Positions 22,681-38,609 are shown, numbered from the stretch's first letter. The stretch: DNA of 64,000 nt from Eledone cirrhosa (GCA_964016885.1 OZ024740.1:409076001-409140000), one strand, 5' to 3'. The notes: generated by a model not told the origin, from the letters alone. Numbers and translations: made by a program.

Positions 22681-25600
22681 TTCTTTCTCCCGTTCATCTT
22701 TCCAGTTTGTGATACCAATATACACTTATTCTCCCGTTCATCTTTCCAGTTTGTGATACCAATATACACTTATTCTCCCGTTCATCTTTCCTGTTTGTGA
22801 TACCAATATACACTTATTCTTCCGTTCATCTTTCCAGTTTGTGATACCAATACACACTTATTCTACCGTTCATCTTTCCAGTTTGTGATACCAATATACA
22901 CTTATTCTCCCGTTCATCTTTCCAGTTTGTGATACCAATATACACTTATTCTCCCGTTCATCTTTCCAGTTTATGATACCAATATACACTTATTCTCCCG
23001 TTCATCTTTCCAGTTTGTGATACCAATATACACTTATTCTCCCGTTCATCGTTCCAGTTTGTGATACCAATATACACTTATTCTACCGTTCATCTTCCCA
23101 GTTTGTGATACCAATATACACTTATTCTCCCGTTCATCTTTCCAGTTTGTGATACCAATATACACTTATTCTCCCGTTCATCTTTCCAGTTTGTGATGCC
23201 AATATACACTTATTCTTTCGTTCATCTTTCCAGTTTGTGATACCAATATACACTTATTCTCCCGTTCATCTTTCCAGTTTGTGATACCAATATACACTTA
23301 TTCTTCCGTTCATCTTTCCAGTTTGTGATACCAATATACACTTATTCTCCCGTTCATCTTTCCAGTTTGTGATACCAATATACACTTATTCTCCCGTTCA
23401 TCTTTCCAGTTTGTGATACCAATATACACTTATTCTTTCGTTCATCTTTCCAGTTTGTGATACCAATATACACTTATTCTCCCGTTCATCTTTCCAGTTT
23501 GTGATACCAATATACACCTATTCTACCGTTCATCTTCCCAGTTTGTGATACCAATATACACTTATTCTACCGGTCATCTTTCCAGTTTGTGATACCAATA
23601 TACACTTATTCTTCCGTTCATCTTTCCAGTTTGTGATACCAATATACACTTATTCTTCCGTTCATCTACATCTCTCTTCTTTCTCCCGTTCATCTTTCCA
23701 GTTTGTGATACCAATATACACTTATTCTCCCGTTCATCTTTCCAGTTTGTGATACCAATATACACTTATTCTACCGTTCATCTTTCCAGTTTGTGATACT
23801 AATATACACTTATTCTCCCGTTCATCTTTCCAGTTTGTGATACCAATATACACTTATTCTCCCGTTCATCTTTCCAGTTTGTGATACCAATATACACTTA
23901 TTCTTCCGTTCATCTTTCCAGTTTGTGATACCAATATACACTTATTCTCCCGTTCATCTTTCCAGTTTGTGATACCAATATACACTTATTCTCCCGTTCA
24001 TCTTTCCAGTTTGTGATACCAATATACACTTATTCTTTCGTTCATCTTTCCAGTTTGTGATACCAATATACACTTATTCTCCCGTTCATCTTTCCAGTTT
24101 GTGATACCAATATACACTTATTCTACCGTTCATCTTCCCAGTTTGTGATACCAATATACACTTATTCTACCGGTCATCTTTCCAGTTTGTGATACCAATA
24201 TACACTTATTCTTCCGTTCATCTTTCCAGTTTGTGATACCAATATACACTTATTCTCCCGTTCATCTACATCTCTCTTCTTTCTCCCGTTCATCTTTCCA
24301 GTTTGTGATACCAATATACACTTATTCTCCCGTTCATCTTTCCAGTTTGTGATACCAATATACACTTATTCTACCGTTCATCTTTCCAGTTTGTGATACT
24401 AATATACACTTATTCTCCCGTTCATCTTTCCAGTTTGTGATACCAATATACACTTATTCTCCCGTTCATCTTTCCAGTTTGTGATACCAATATACAGTTA
24501 TTCTCCCGTTCATCTTTCCAGTTTGTGATACCAATATACACTTATTCTACCGTTCATCTTTCCAGTTTGTGATACCAATATACACTTATTCTCCCGTTCA
24601 TCTACATCTCTCTTCTTTCTCCCATTCATCTTTCCAGTTTGTGATACCAATATACACTTATTCTACCGTTCATCTTTCCAGTTTGTGATACCAATATACA
24701 CTTATTCTCCCGTTCATCTTTCCAGTTTGTGATACCAATATACACTTATTCTCCCGTTCATCTACATCTCTCTTCTTTCTCCCATTCATCTTTCCAGTTT
24801 GTGATACCAATATACACTTATTCTACCGTTCATCTTTCCAGTTTGTGATACCAATATACACTTATTCTCCCGTTCATCTACATCTCTCTTCTTTCTCCCA
24901 TTCATCTTTCCAGTTTGTGATACCAATATACACTTATTCTCCCGTTCATCTACATCTCTCTTCTTTCTCCCATTCATCTTTCCAGTTTGTGATACCAATA
25001 TACACTTATTCTCCCGTTCATCTACATCTCTCTTCTTTCTCCCATTCATCTTTCCAGTTTGTGATACCAATATACACTTATTCTCCCGTTCATCTACATC
25101 TCTCTTCTTTCTCCCATTCATCTTTCCAGTTTGTGATACCAATATACACTTATTCTACCGTTCATCTTTCCAGTTTGTGATACCAATATACACTTATTCT
25201 CCCGTTCATCTTTCCAGTTTGTGATACCAATATACACTTATTCTCCCGTTCATCTTTCCAGTTTGTGATGCCAATATACACTTATTCTTTCGTTCATCTT
25301 TCCAGTTTGTGATACCAATATACACTTATTCTCCCGTTCATCTTTCCAGTTTGTGATACCAATATACACTTATTCTTCCGTTCATCTTTCCAGTTTGTGA
25401 TACCAATATACACTTATTCTCCCGTTCATCTTTCCAGTTTGTGATACCAATATACACTTATTCTTTCGTTCATCTTTCCAGTTTGTGATACCAATATACA
25501 CTTATTCTCCCGTTCATCTTTCCAGTTTGTGATACCAATATACACTTATTCTACCGTTCATCTTCCCAGTTTGTGATACCAATATACACTTATTCTACCG

Positions 25601-28600
25601 GTCATCTTTCCAGTTTGTGATACCAATATACACTTATTCTTCCGTTCATCTTTCCAGTTTGTGATACCAATATACACTTATTCTTCCGTTCATCTACATC
25701 TCTCTTCTTTCTCCCGTTCATCTTTCCAGTTTGTGATACCAATATACACTTATTCTCCCGTTCATCTTTCCAGTTTGTGATACCAATATACACTTATTCT
25801 ACCGTTCATCTTTCCAGTTTGTGATACTAATATACACTTATTCTCCCGTTCATCTTTCCAGTTTGTGATACCAATATACACTTATTCTCCCGTTCATCTT
25901 TCCAGTTTGTGATACCAATATACACTTATTCTTCCGTTCATCTTTCCAGTTTGTGATACCAATATACACTTATTCTCCCGTTCATCTTTCCAGTTTGTGA
26001 TACCAATATACACTTATTCTCCCGTTCATCTTTCCAGTTTGTGATACCAATATACACTTATTCTTTCGTTCATCTTTCCAGTTTGTGATACCAATATACA
26101 CTTATTCTCCCGTTCATCTTTCCAGTTTGTGATACCAATATACACTTATTCTACCGTTCATCTTCCCAGTTTGTGATACCAATATACACTTATTCTACCG
26201 GTCATCTTTCCAGTTTGTGATACCAATATACACTTATTCTTCCGTTCATCTTTCCAGTTTGTGATACCAATATACACTTATTCTCCCGTTCATCTACATC
26301 TCTCTTCTTTCTCCCGTTCATCTTTCCAGTTTGTGATACCAATATACACTTATTCTCCCGTTCATCTTTCCAGTTTGTGATACCAATATACACTTATTCT
26401 ACCGTTCATCTTTCCAGTTTGTGATACTAATATACACTTATTCTCCCGTTCATCTTTCCAGTTTGTGATACCAATATACACTTATTCTCCCGTTCATCTT
26501 TCCAGTTTGTGATACCAATATACACTTATTCTCCCGTTCATCTTTCCAGTTTGTGATACCAATATACACTTATTCTACCGTTCATCTTTCCAGTTTGTGA
26601 TACCAATATACACTTATTCTCCCGTTCATCTACATCTCTCTTCTTTCTCCCATTCATCTTTCCAGTTTGTGATACCAATATACACTTATTCTACCGTTCA
26701 TCTTTCCAGTTTGTGATACCAATATACACTTATTCTCCCGTTCATCTACATCTCTCTTCTTTCTCCCATTCATCTTTCCAGTTTGTGATACCAATATACA
26801 CTTATTCTCCCGTTCATCTACATCTCTCTTCTTTCTCCCATTCATCTTTCTAGTTTGTGATACCAATATACACTTATTCTCCCGTTCATCTACATCTCTC
26901 TTCTTTCTCCCATTCATCTTTCCAGTTTGTGATACCAATATACACTTATTCTACCGTTCATCTTTCCAGTTTGTGATACCAATATACACTTATTCTCCCG
27001 TTCATCTACATCTCTCTTCTTTCTCCCATTCATCTTTCCAGTTTGTGATACCAATATACACTTATTCTCCCGTTCATCTACATCTCTCTTCTTTCTCCCA
27101 TTCATCTTTCCAGTTTGTGATACCAATATACACTTATTCTCCCGTTCATCTACATCTCTCTTCTTTCTCCCATTCATCTTTCCAGTTTGTGATACCAATA
27201 TAAACTTATTCTCCCGTTCATCTACATCTCTCTTCTTTCTCCCATTCATCTTTCCAGTTTGTGATACCAATATACACTTATTCTACCGTTCATCTTTCCA
27301 GTTTGTGATACCAATATACACTTATTCTCCCGTTCATCTATATCTCTCTTCTTTCTCCCATTCATCTTTCCAGTTTGTGATACCAATATACACTTATTCT
27401 CCCGTTCATCTACATCTCTCTTCTTTCTCCCATTCATCTTTCCAGTTTGTGATACCAATATACACTTATTCTCCCGTTCATCTACATCTCTCTTCTTTCT
27501 CCCATTCATCTTTCCAGTTTGTGATACCAATATACACTTATTCTACCGTTCATCTTTCCAGTTTGTGATACCAATATACACTTATTCTCCCGTTCATCTT
27601 TCCAGTTTATGATACCAATATACACTTATTCTCCCGTTCCTCTACATCTCTCTTCTTTCTCCCGTTAATCTTTCCAGTTTGTGATACCAATATACACTTA
27701 TTCTCCCGTTCATCTACATCTCTCTTCTTTCTCCCGTTCATCTTTCCAGTTTGTGATACCAATATACACTTATTCTTCCATTCATCTTTCCAGTTTGTGA
27801 AACCAATATACACTTATTCTCCCGTTCCTCTACATCTCTCTTCTTTCTCCCGTTCATCTTTCCAGTTTGTGATACCAATATACACTTATTCTTCCGTTCA
27901 TCTTTCCAGTTTGTGATACCAATATACACTTATTCTTCCGTTCATCTACATCTCTCTTCTTTCTCCCGTTCATCTTTCCAGTTTGTGATACCAATATACA
28001 CTTATTCTCCCGTTCATCTTTCCAGTTTGTGATACCAATATACACTTATTCTTCCGTTCATCTACATCTCTCTTCTTTCTCCCGTTCATCTTTCCAGTTT
28101 GTGATACCAATATACACTTATTCTTTCGTTCATCTTTCCAGTTTGTGATACCAATATCCACTTATTCTTTCGTTCATCTTTCCAGTTTGTGATACCAATA
28201 TACACTTATTCTTCCGTTCATCTTTCCAGTTTGTGATACCAATATACACTTATTCTTTCGTTCATCTTTCCAGTTTGTGATACCAATATACACTTATTCT
28301 TTCGTTCATCTTTCCAGTTTGTGATACCAATATACACTTATTCTTTCGTTCATCTTTCCAGTTTGTGATACCAATATACACTTATTCCTTCGTTCATCTT
28401 TCCAGTTTGTGATACCAATATACACTTATTCTTCCGTTCATCTTTCCAGTTTGTGATACCAATATACACTTATTCTTTCGTTCATCTTTCCAGTTTGTGA
28501 TACCAATATACACTTATTCTTCCGTTCATCTTTCCAGTTTGTGATACCAATATACACTTATTCTCCCGTTCATCTTTCCAGTTTGTGATGCCAATATACA

Positions 28601-31600
28601 CTTATTCTTTCGTTCATCTTTCCAGTTTGTGATACCAATATACACTTATTCTCCCGTTCATCTTTCCAGTTTGTGATACCAATATACACTTATTCTCCCG
28701 TTCATCTTTCCAGTTTGTGATACCAATATACACTTATTCTTCCGTTCATCTTTCCAGTTTGTGATACCAATATACACTTATTCTCCCGTTCATCTTTCCA
28801 GTTTGTGATACCAATATACACTTATTCTCCCGTTCATCTTTCCAGTTTGTGATACCAATATACACTTATTCTTTCGTTCATCTTTCCAGTTTGTGATACC
28901 AATATACACTTATTCTACCGTTCATCTTCCCAGTTTGTGATACCAATATACACTTATTCTCCCGTTCATCTTTCCAGTTTGTGATACCAATATACACTTA
29001 TTCTACCGTTCATCTTTCCAGTTTGTGATACCAATATACACTTATTCTCCCGTTCATCTACATCTCTCTTCTTTCTCCCGTTCATCTTTCCAGTTTGTGA
29101 TACCAATATACACTTATTCTCCCGTTCATCTTTCCAGTTTGTGATACCAATATACACTTATTCTACCGTTCATCTTTCCAGTTTGTGATACCAATATACA
29201 CTTATTCTCCCGTTCATCTACATCTCTCTTCTTTCTCCCGTTCATCTTTCCAGTTTGTGATACCAATATACACTTATTCTCCCATTCATTTTTCCAGTTT
29301 GTGATACCAATATACACTTATTCTCCCGTTCATCTTTCCAGTTTGTGATACCAATATACACTTATTCTTCCGTTCATCTTTCCAGTTTGTGATACCAATA
29401 TACACTTATTCTTCCGTTCATCTACATCTCTCTTCTTTCTCCCGTTCATCTTTCCAGTTTGTGATACCAATATACACTTATTCTCCCGTTCATCTTTCCA
29501 GTTTGTGATACCAATATACACTTATTCTACCGTTCATCTTTCCAGTTTGTGATACCAATATACACTTATTCTTCCGTTCATCTACATCTCTCTTCTTTCT
29601 CCCGTTCATCTTTCCAGTTTGTGATACCAATATACACTTATTCTACCGTTCATCTTTCTAGTTTGTGATACCAATATACACTTATTCTCCCGTTCATCTT
29701 TCCAGTTTGTGATACCAATATACACTTATTCTACCGTTCATCTTTCCAGTTTGTGATACCAATATACACTTATTCTTCCGTTCATCTTTCCAGTTTGTGA
29801 TACCAATATACACTTATTCTTCCGTTCATCTACATCTCTCTTCTTTCTCCCGTTCATCTTTCCAGTTTGTGATACCAATATACACTTATTCTTCCGTTCA
29901 TCTTTCCAGTTTGTGATACCAATATACACTTATTCTCCCGTTCATCTTTACAGTTTGTGATACCAATATACACTTATTCTACCGTTCATCTTTACAGTTT
30001 GTGATACCAATATACACTTATTCTACCGTTCATCTTTACAGTTTGTGATACCAATATACACTTATTCTTCCGTTCATCTACATCTCTCTTCTTTCTCCCG
30101 TTCATCTTTCCAGTTTGTGATACCAATATACACTTATTCTTCCGTTCATCTTTCCAGTTTGTGATACCAATATACACTTATTCTTCCGTTCATCTACATC
30201 TCTCTTCTTTCTCCCGTTCATCTTTCCAGTTTGTGATACCAATATACACTTATTCTTCCGTTCATCTACATCTCTCTTCTTTCTCCCGTTCATCTTTCCA
30301 GTTTGTGATACCAATATACACTTATTCTTCCGTTCATCTACATCTCTCTTCTTTCTCCCGTTCATCTTTCCAGTTTGTGATACCAATATACACTTATTCT
30401 CCCGTTCATCTTTCCAGTTTGTGATACCAATATACACTTATTCTTCCGTTCATCTTTCCAGTTTGTGATACCAATATACACTTATTCTCCCGTTCATCTT
30501 TCCAGTTTGTGATACCAATATACACTTATTCTCCCGTTCATCTTTCCAGTTTGTGAGACCAATATACACTTATTCTTTCGTTCATCTTTCCAGTTTGTGA
30601 TACCAATATACACTTATTCTCCCGTTCATCTTTCCAGTTTGTGATACCAATATACACTTATTCTACCGTTCATCTTCCCAGTTTGTGATACCAATATACA
30701 CTTATTCTCCCGTTCATCTTTCCAGTTTGTGATACCAATATACACTTATTCTACCGTTCATCTTTCCAGTTTGTGATACCAATATACACTTATTCTCCCG
30801 TTCATCTACATCTCTCTTCTTTCTCCCGTTCATCTTTCCAGTTTGTGATACCAATATACACTTATTCTCCCGTTCATCTACATCTCTCTTCTTTCTCCCG
30901 TTCATCTTTCCAGTTTGTGATACCAATATACACTTATTCTCCCGTTCATTTTTCCAGTTTGTGATACCAATATACACTTATTCTCCCGTTCATCTTTCCA
31001 GTTTGTGATACCAATATACACTTATTCTTCCGTTCATCTTTCCAGTTTGTGATACCAATATACACTTATTCTTCCGTTCATCTACATCTCTCTTCTTTCT
31101 CCCGTTCATCTTTCCAGTTTGTGATACCAATATACACTTATTCTCCCGTTCATCTTTCCAGTTTGTGATACCAATATACACTTATTCTACCGTTCATCTT
31201 TCCAGTTTGTGATACCAATATACACTTATTCTTCCGTTCATCTACATCTCTCTTCTTTCTCCCGTTCATCTTTCCAGTTTGTGATACCAATATACACTTA
31301 TTCTACCGTTCATCTTTCTAGTTTGTGATACCAATATACACTTATTCTCCCGTTCATCTTTCCAGTTTGTGATACCAATATACACTTATTCTACCGTTCA
31401 TCTTTCCAGTTTGTGATACCAATATACACTTATTCTTCCGTTCATCTACATCTCTCTTCTTTCTCCCGTTCATCTTTCCAGTTTGTGATACCAATATACA
31501 CTTATTCTACCGTTCATCTTTCCAGTTTGTGATACCAATATACACTTATTCTTCCGTTCATCTTTCCAGTTTGTGATACCAATATACACTTATTCTTCCG

Positions 31601-34600
31601 TTCATCTACATCTCTCTTCTTTCTCCCGTTCATCTTTCCAGTTTGTGATACCAATATACACTTATTCTTCCGTTCATCTTTCCAGTTTGTGATACCAATA
31701 TACACTTATTCTCCCGTTCATCTTTACAGTTTGTGATACCAATATACACTTATTCTACCGTTCATCTTTACAGTTTGTGATACCAATATACACTTATTCT
31801 ACCGTTCAGCTTTACAGTTTGTGATACCAATATACACTTATTCTTCCGTTCATCTACATCTCTCTTCTTTCTCCCGTTCATCTTTCCAGTTTGTGATACC
31901 AATATACACTTATTCTTCCGTTCATCTACATCTCTCTTCTTTCTCCCGTTCATCTTTCCAGTTTGTGATACCAATATACACTTATTCTTCCGTTCATCTA
32001 CATCTCTCTTCTTTCTCCCGTTCATCTTTCCAGTTTGTGATACCAATATACACTTATTCTTCCGTTCATCTTTCCAGTTTGTGATACCAATATACACTTA
32101 TTCTTCCGTTCATCTACATCTCTCTTCTTTCTCCCGTTCATCTTTCCAGTTTGTGATACCAATATACACTTATTCTACCGTTCATCTTTCTAGTTTGTGA
32201 TACCAATATACACTTATTCTCCCGTTCATCTTTCCAGTTTGTGATACCAATATACACTTATTCTACCGTTCATCTTTCCAGTTTGTGATACCAATATACA
32301 CTTATTCTTCCGTTCATCTACATCTCTCTTCTTTCTCCCGTTCATCTTTCCAGTTTGTGATACCAATATACACTTATTCTACCGTTCATCTTTCCAGTTT
32401 GTGATACCAATATACACTTATTCTTCCGTTCATCTTTCCAGTTTGTGATACCAATAAACACTTATTCTTCCGTTCATCTACATCTCTCTTCTTTCTCCCG
32501 TTCATCTTTCCAGTTTGTGATACCAATATACACTTATTCTACCGTTCATCTTTCCAGTTTGTGATACCAATATACACTTATTCTACCGTTCATCTTTCCA
32601 GTTTGTGATACCAATATACACTTATTCTACCGTTCATCTTTCCAGTTTGTGATACCAATATACACTTATTCTCCCGTTCATCTTTCCAGTTTGTGATACC
32701 AATAAACACTTATTCTTCCGTTCATCTACATCTCTCTTCTTTCTCCCGTTCATCTTTCCAGTTTGTGATACCAATATACACTTATTCTACCGTTCATCTT
32801 TCCAGTTTGTGATACCAATATACACTTATTCTACCGTTCATCTTTCCAGTTTGTGATACCAATATACACTTATTCTACCGTTCATCTTTCCAGTTTGTGA
32901 TACCAATATACACTTATTCTACCGTTCATCTTTCCAGTTTGTGATACCAATATACACTTATTCTCCCGTTCCTCTACATCTCTCTTCTTTCTCCCGTTCA
33001 TCTTTCCAGTTTGTGATACCAATATACACTTATTCTCCCGTTCATCTTTCCAGTTTGTGATACCAATATACACTTATTCTTCCGTTCATCTACATCTCTC
33101 TTCTTTCTCCCGTTCATCTTTCCAGTTTGTGATACCAATATACACTTATTCTTCCGTTCATCTACATCTCTCTTCTTTCTCCCGTTCATCTTTCCAGTTT
33201 GTGATACCAATATACACTTATTCTACCGTTCATCTTTCCAGTTTGTGATACCAATATACACTTATTCTTCCGTTCATCTACATCTCTCTTCTTTCTCCCG
33301 TTCATCTTTCCAGTTTGTGATACCAATATACACTTATTCTTCCGTTCATCTTTCCAGTTTGTGATACCAATATACACTTATTCTCCCGTTCATCTTTCCA
33401 GTTTGTGATACCAATATACACTTATTCTACCGTTCATCTTTCCAGTTTGTGATACCAATATACACTTATTCTCCCGTTCCTCTACATCTCTCTTCTTTCT
33501 CCCGTTCATCTTTCCAGTTTGTGATACCAATATACACTTATCCTTCCGTTCATCTACATCTCTCTTCTTTCTCCCGTTCATCTTTCCAGTTTGTGATACC
33601 AATATACACTTATTCTCCCGTTCATCTTTCCAGTTTGTGATACCAATATACACTTATTCTCCCGTTCATCTTTCCAGTTTGTGATACCAATATACACTTA
33701 TTCTCCCGTTCATCTTTCCAGTTTGTGATACCAATATACACTTATTCTCCCGTTCATCTTTCCAGTTTGTGATACCAATATACACTTATTCTCCCGTTCA
33801 TCTTTCCAGTTTGTGATACCAATATACACTTATTCTCCCGTTCATCTTTCCAGTTTGTGATACCAATATACACTTATTCTCCCGTTCATCTTTCCAGTTT
33901 GTGATACCAATATACACTTATCCTTCCGTTCCTCTACATCTCTCTTCTTTCTCCCATTCATCTTTCCAGTTTGTGATACCAATATACACTTATTCTCCCA
34001 TTCATCTTTCCAGTTTGTGATACCAATATACACTTATCCTTCCGTTCCTCTACATCTCTCTTCTTTCTCCCATTCATCTTTCCAGTTTGTGATACCAATA
34101 TACACTTATTCTCCCGTTCATCTTTCCAGTTTGTGATACCAATATACACTTATCCTTCCGTTCCTCTACATCTCTCTTCTTTCTCCCATTCATCTTTCCA
34201 GTTTGTGATACCAATATACACTTATTCTCCCGTTCATCTTTCCAGTTTGTGATACCAATATACACTTATTCTCCCGTTCATCTTTCCAGTTTGTGATACC
34301 AATATACACTTATTCTCCCGTTCATCTTTCCAGTTTGTGATACCAATATACACTTATTCTCCCATTCATCTTTCCAGTTTGTGATACCAATATACACTTA
34401 TCCTTCCGTTCCTCTACATCTCTCTTCTTTCTCCCATTCATCTTTCCAGTTTGTGATACCAATATACACTTATTCTCCCGTTCATCTTTCCAGTTTGTGA
34501 TACCAATATACACTTATCCTTCCGTTCCTCTACATCTCTCTTCTTTCTCCCATTCATCTTTCCAGTTTGTGATACCAATATACACTTATTCTCCCGTTCA

Positions 34601-37600
34601 TCTTTCCAGTTTGTGATACCAATATACACTTATTCTCCCGTTCATCTTTCCAGTTTGTGATACCAATATACACTTATTCTCCCGTTCATCTTTCCAGTTT
34701 GTGATACCAATATACACTTATTCTCCCGTTCATCTTTCCAGTTTGTGATACCAATATACACTTATTCTCCCGTTCATCTTTCCAGTTTGTGATACCAATA
34801 TACACTTATCCTTCCGTTCCTCTACATCTCTCTTCTTTCTCCCATTCATCTTTCCAGTTTGTGATACCAATATACACTTATTCTCCCATTCATCTTTCCA
34901 GTTTGTGATACCAATATACACTTATCCTTCCGTTCCTCTACATCTCTCTTCTTTCTCCCATTCATCTTTCCAGTTTGTGATACCAATATACACTTATTCT
35001 CCCGTTCATCTTTCCAGTTTGTGATACCAATATACACTTATCCTTCCGTTCCTCTACATCTCTCTTCTTTCTCCCATTCATCTTTCCAGTTTGTGATACC
35101 AATATACACTTATTCTCCCGTTCATCTTTCCAGTTTGTGATACCAATATACACTTATTCTCCCGTTCATCTTTCCAGTTTGTGATACCAATATACACTTA
35201 TTCTCCCGTTCATCTTTCCAGTTTGTGATACCAATATACACTTATTCTCCCGTTCATCTTTCCAGTTTGTGATACCAATATACACTTATTCTCCCGTTCA
35301 TCTTTCCAGTTTGTGATACCAATATACACTTATTCTCCCGTTCATCTTTCCAGTTTGTGATACCAATATACACTTATTCTCCCATTCATCTTTCCAGTTT
35401 GTGATACCAATATACACTTATTCTCCCATTCATCTTTCCAGTTTGTGATACCAATATACACTTATTCTCCCATTCATCTTTCCAGTTTGTGATACCAATA
35501 TACACTTATTCTCCCATTCATCTTTCCAGTTTGTGATACCAATATACACTTATCCTTCCGTTCCTCTACATCTCTCTTCTTTCTCCCATTCATCTTTCCA
35601 GTTTGTGATACCAATATACACTTATTCTCCCGTTCATCTTTCCAGTTTGTGATACCAATATACACTTATCCTTCCGTTCCTCTACATCTCTCTTCTTTCT
35701 CCCATTCATCTTTCCAGTTTGTGATACCAATATACACTTATCCTTCCGTTCCTCTACATCTCTCTTCTTTCTCCCATTCATCTTTCCAGTTTGTGATACC
35801 AATATACACTTATCCTTCCGTTCCTCTACATCTCTCTTCTTTCTCCCATTCATCTTTCCAGTTTGTGATACCAATATACACTTATTCTCCCATTCATCTT
35901 TCCAGTTTGTGATACCAATATACACTTATTCTCCCATTCATCTTTCCAGTTTGTGATACCAATATACACTTATTCTCCCATTCATCTTTCCAGTTTGTGA
36001 TACCAATATACACTTATCCTTCCGTTCCTCTACATCTCTCTTCTTTCTCCCATTCATCTTTCCAGTTTGTGATACCAATATACACTTATTCTCCCGTTCA
36101 TCTTTCCAGTTTGTGATACCAATATACACTTATCCTTCCGTTCCTCTACATCTCTCTTCTTTCTCCCATTCATCTTTCCAGTTTGTGATACCAATATACA
36201 CTTATTCTCCCATTCATCTTTCCAGTTTGTGATACCAATATACACTTATTCTCCCGTTCATCTTTCCAGTTTGTGATACCAATATACACTTATTCTCCCG
36301 TTCATCTTTCCAGTTTGTGATACCAATATACACTTATCCTTCCGTTCCTCTACATCTCTCTTCTTTCTCCCATTCATCTTTCCAGTTTGTGATACCAATA
36401 TACACTTATTCTCCCGTTCATCTTTCCAGTTTGTGATACCAATATACACTTATCCTTCCGTTCCTCTACATCTCTCTTCTTTCTCCCATTCATCTTTCCA
36501 GTTTGTGATACCAATATACACTTATTCTCCCATTCATCTTTCCAGTTTGTGATACCAATATACACTTATTCTCCCGTTCATCTTTCCAGTTTGTGATACC
36601 AATATACACTTATTCTCCCGTTCATCTTTCCAGTTTGTGATACCAATATACACTTATCCTTCCGTTCCTCTACATCTCTCTTCTTTCTCCCATTCATCTT
36701 TCCAGTTTGTGATACCAATATACACTTATTCTCCCGTTCATCTTTCCAGTTTGTGATACCAATATACACTTATCCTTCCGTTCCTCTACATCTCTCTTCT
36801 TTCTCCCATTCATCTTTCCAGTTTGTGATACCAATATACACTTATTCTCCCGTTCATCTTTCCAGTTTGTGATACCAATATACACTTATCCTTCCGTTCC
36901 TCTACATCTCTCTTCTTTCTCCCATTCATCTTTCCAGTTTGTGATACCAATATACACTTATTCTCCCGTTCATCTTTCCAGTTTGTGATACCAATATACA
37001 CTTATTCTCCCGTTCATCTTTCCAGTTTGTGATACCAATATACACTTATCCTTCCGTTCCTCTACATCTCTCTTCTTTCTCCCATTCATCTTTCCAGTTT
37101 GTGATACCAATATACACTTATTCTCCCGTTCATCTTTCCAGTTTGTGATACCAATATACACTTATCCTTCCGTTCCTCTACATCTCTCTTCTTTCTCCCA
37201 TTCATCTTTCCAGTTTGTGATACCAATATACACTTATTCTCCCGTTCATCTTTCCAGTTTGTGATACCAATATACACTTATCCTTCCGTTCCTCTACATC
37301 TCTCTTCTTTCTCCCATTCATCTTTCCAGTTTGTGATACCAATATACACTTATTCTCCCGTTCATCTTTCCAGTTTGTGATACCAATATACACTTATTCT
37401 CCCGTTCATCTTTCCAGTTTGTGATACCAATATACACTTATCCTTCCGTTCCTCTACATCTCTCTTCTTTCTCCCATTCATCTTTCCAGTTTGTGATACC
37501 AATATACACTTATTCTCCCGTTCATCTTTCCAGTTTGTGATACCAATATACACTTATTCTCCCGTTCATCTTTCCAGTTTGTGATACCAATATATACTTA

Positions 37601-37808
37601 TTCTCCCGTTCATCTTTCCAGTTTGTGATACCAATATACACTTATTCTCCCGTTCATCTTTCCAGTTTGTGATACCAATATACACTTATTCTCCCGTTCA
37701 TCTTTCCAGTTTGTGATACCAATATACACTTATTCTCCCGTTCATCTTTCCAGTTTGTGATACCAATATACACTCATCCTTCCGTTCCTCTACATCTCTC
37801 TTCTTTTT
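22681..37808. repeat. 15.1-kb satellite array of 44-bp monomers interspersed with 72-bp (44+28) variants
   Basis: Unit ttctcccgttcatctttccagtttgtgataccaatatacactta; the variant adds cccgttcatctacatctctcttctttct. Very homogeneous. Confidence 0.99.
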
Positions 37809-37889
37809 CACCGTACTTGTTTCCATATTTGCCATATAAATGTACATGTATATATAGGTATACGCGATATCGTTTACGGTTACTCTAGT

Positions 37890-37930
<41 letters not shown>

Positions 37931-38181
37931 GGTAGCCCTTATTTTTCAACTTTCTAAAAGTTTAGCTCCCACCACCCTATCTTGTTCCAATTATAAAAAA
38001 AAAAAGAAACAATCTATGCAAAACATTAGCTCAAGCGGACAACTGCAAGGCGACCCTCATCGCCCGTGATATTTTTAAGTTTTCGCCCGGAAAGTCATTT
38101 TTTCAGATAACATTTTTTTATCTCTTTTAACTCTTTTAAGAGACAGAAGGTAGAAATGAAGATAGGTCGCAATGTGTGAGG

Positions 38182-38270
38182 CTGGAACAAGTGGAGAAAT
38201 TCAAATACCTTGGTTCAATATTTGAGCAGACGGCAGAGGGAAGTTGGGAAATAAGGGTGAGATTAGCAAC
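38182..38270 (+). pseudogene. Tiny LINE RT fragment
   Basis: Reads LEQVEKFKYLGSIFEQTAEGSWEIRVRLA. Confidence 0.65.
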
Positions 38271-38609
38271 TAAATAAAATAAAATAAAATAAAATAAATA
38301 CATTTTGGGATTCTCAGTAACATTTTTAAATTTTTTTCAAAGAGATGTAAAAGGAAAATCCACATTTATCTCCGATCTAGGATTGAACCCCAGAGCAGGA
38401 TCTCCACCAACTCTAAGATTCCCCACTAGGCCTCCAAGAAAGCTACTAAAGCCTAATGAAAATTATAAACCTACTTTCAAAATTAAATTAAATTAAATTA
38501 ATTAAATTAATTTAAAAATATATAAAATAATATAAATTAGATTAAATTAAATCGAATTCCAAAAATATGTGGTGTAGATCATGCCTTTCTTCATGTTATT
38601 TCTCTTTTT

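Noticed and set aside
22681-37808. CRISPR-like array or repetitive protein gene (many 63-118 aa ORFs; YIGIT resembles GIY-YIG; TGGTATCA resembles a tRNA-Met PBS)
   Set aside because: There are no unique spacers and no cas genes. The ORFs are by-products of the 72-bp unit being a multiple of 3. The short motif matches have no supporting context.
37928-38140. DNA transposon terminus (tagggtagccc…) after (TA)n
   Set aside because: No matching inverted terminus could be identified with confidence.
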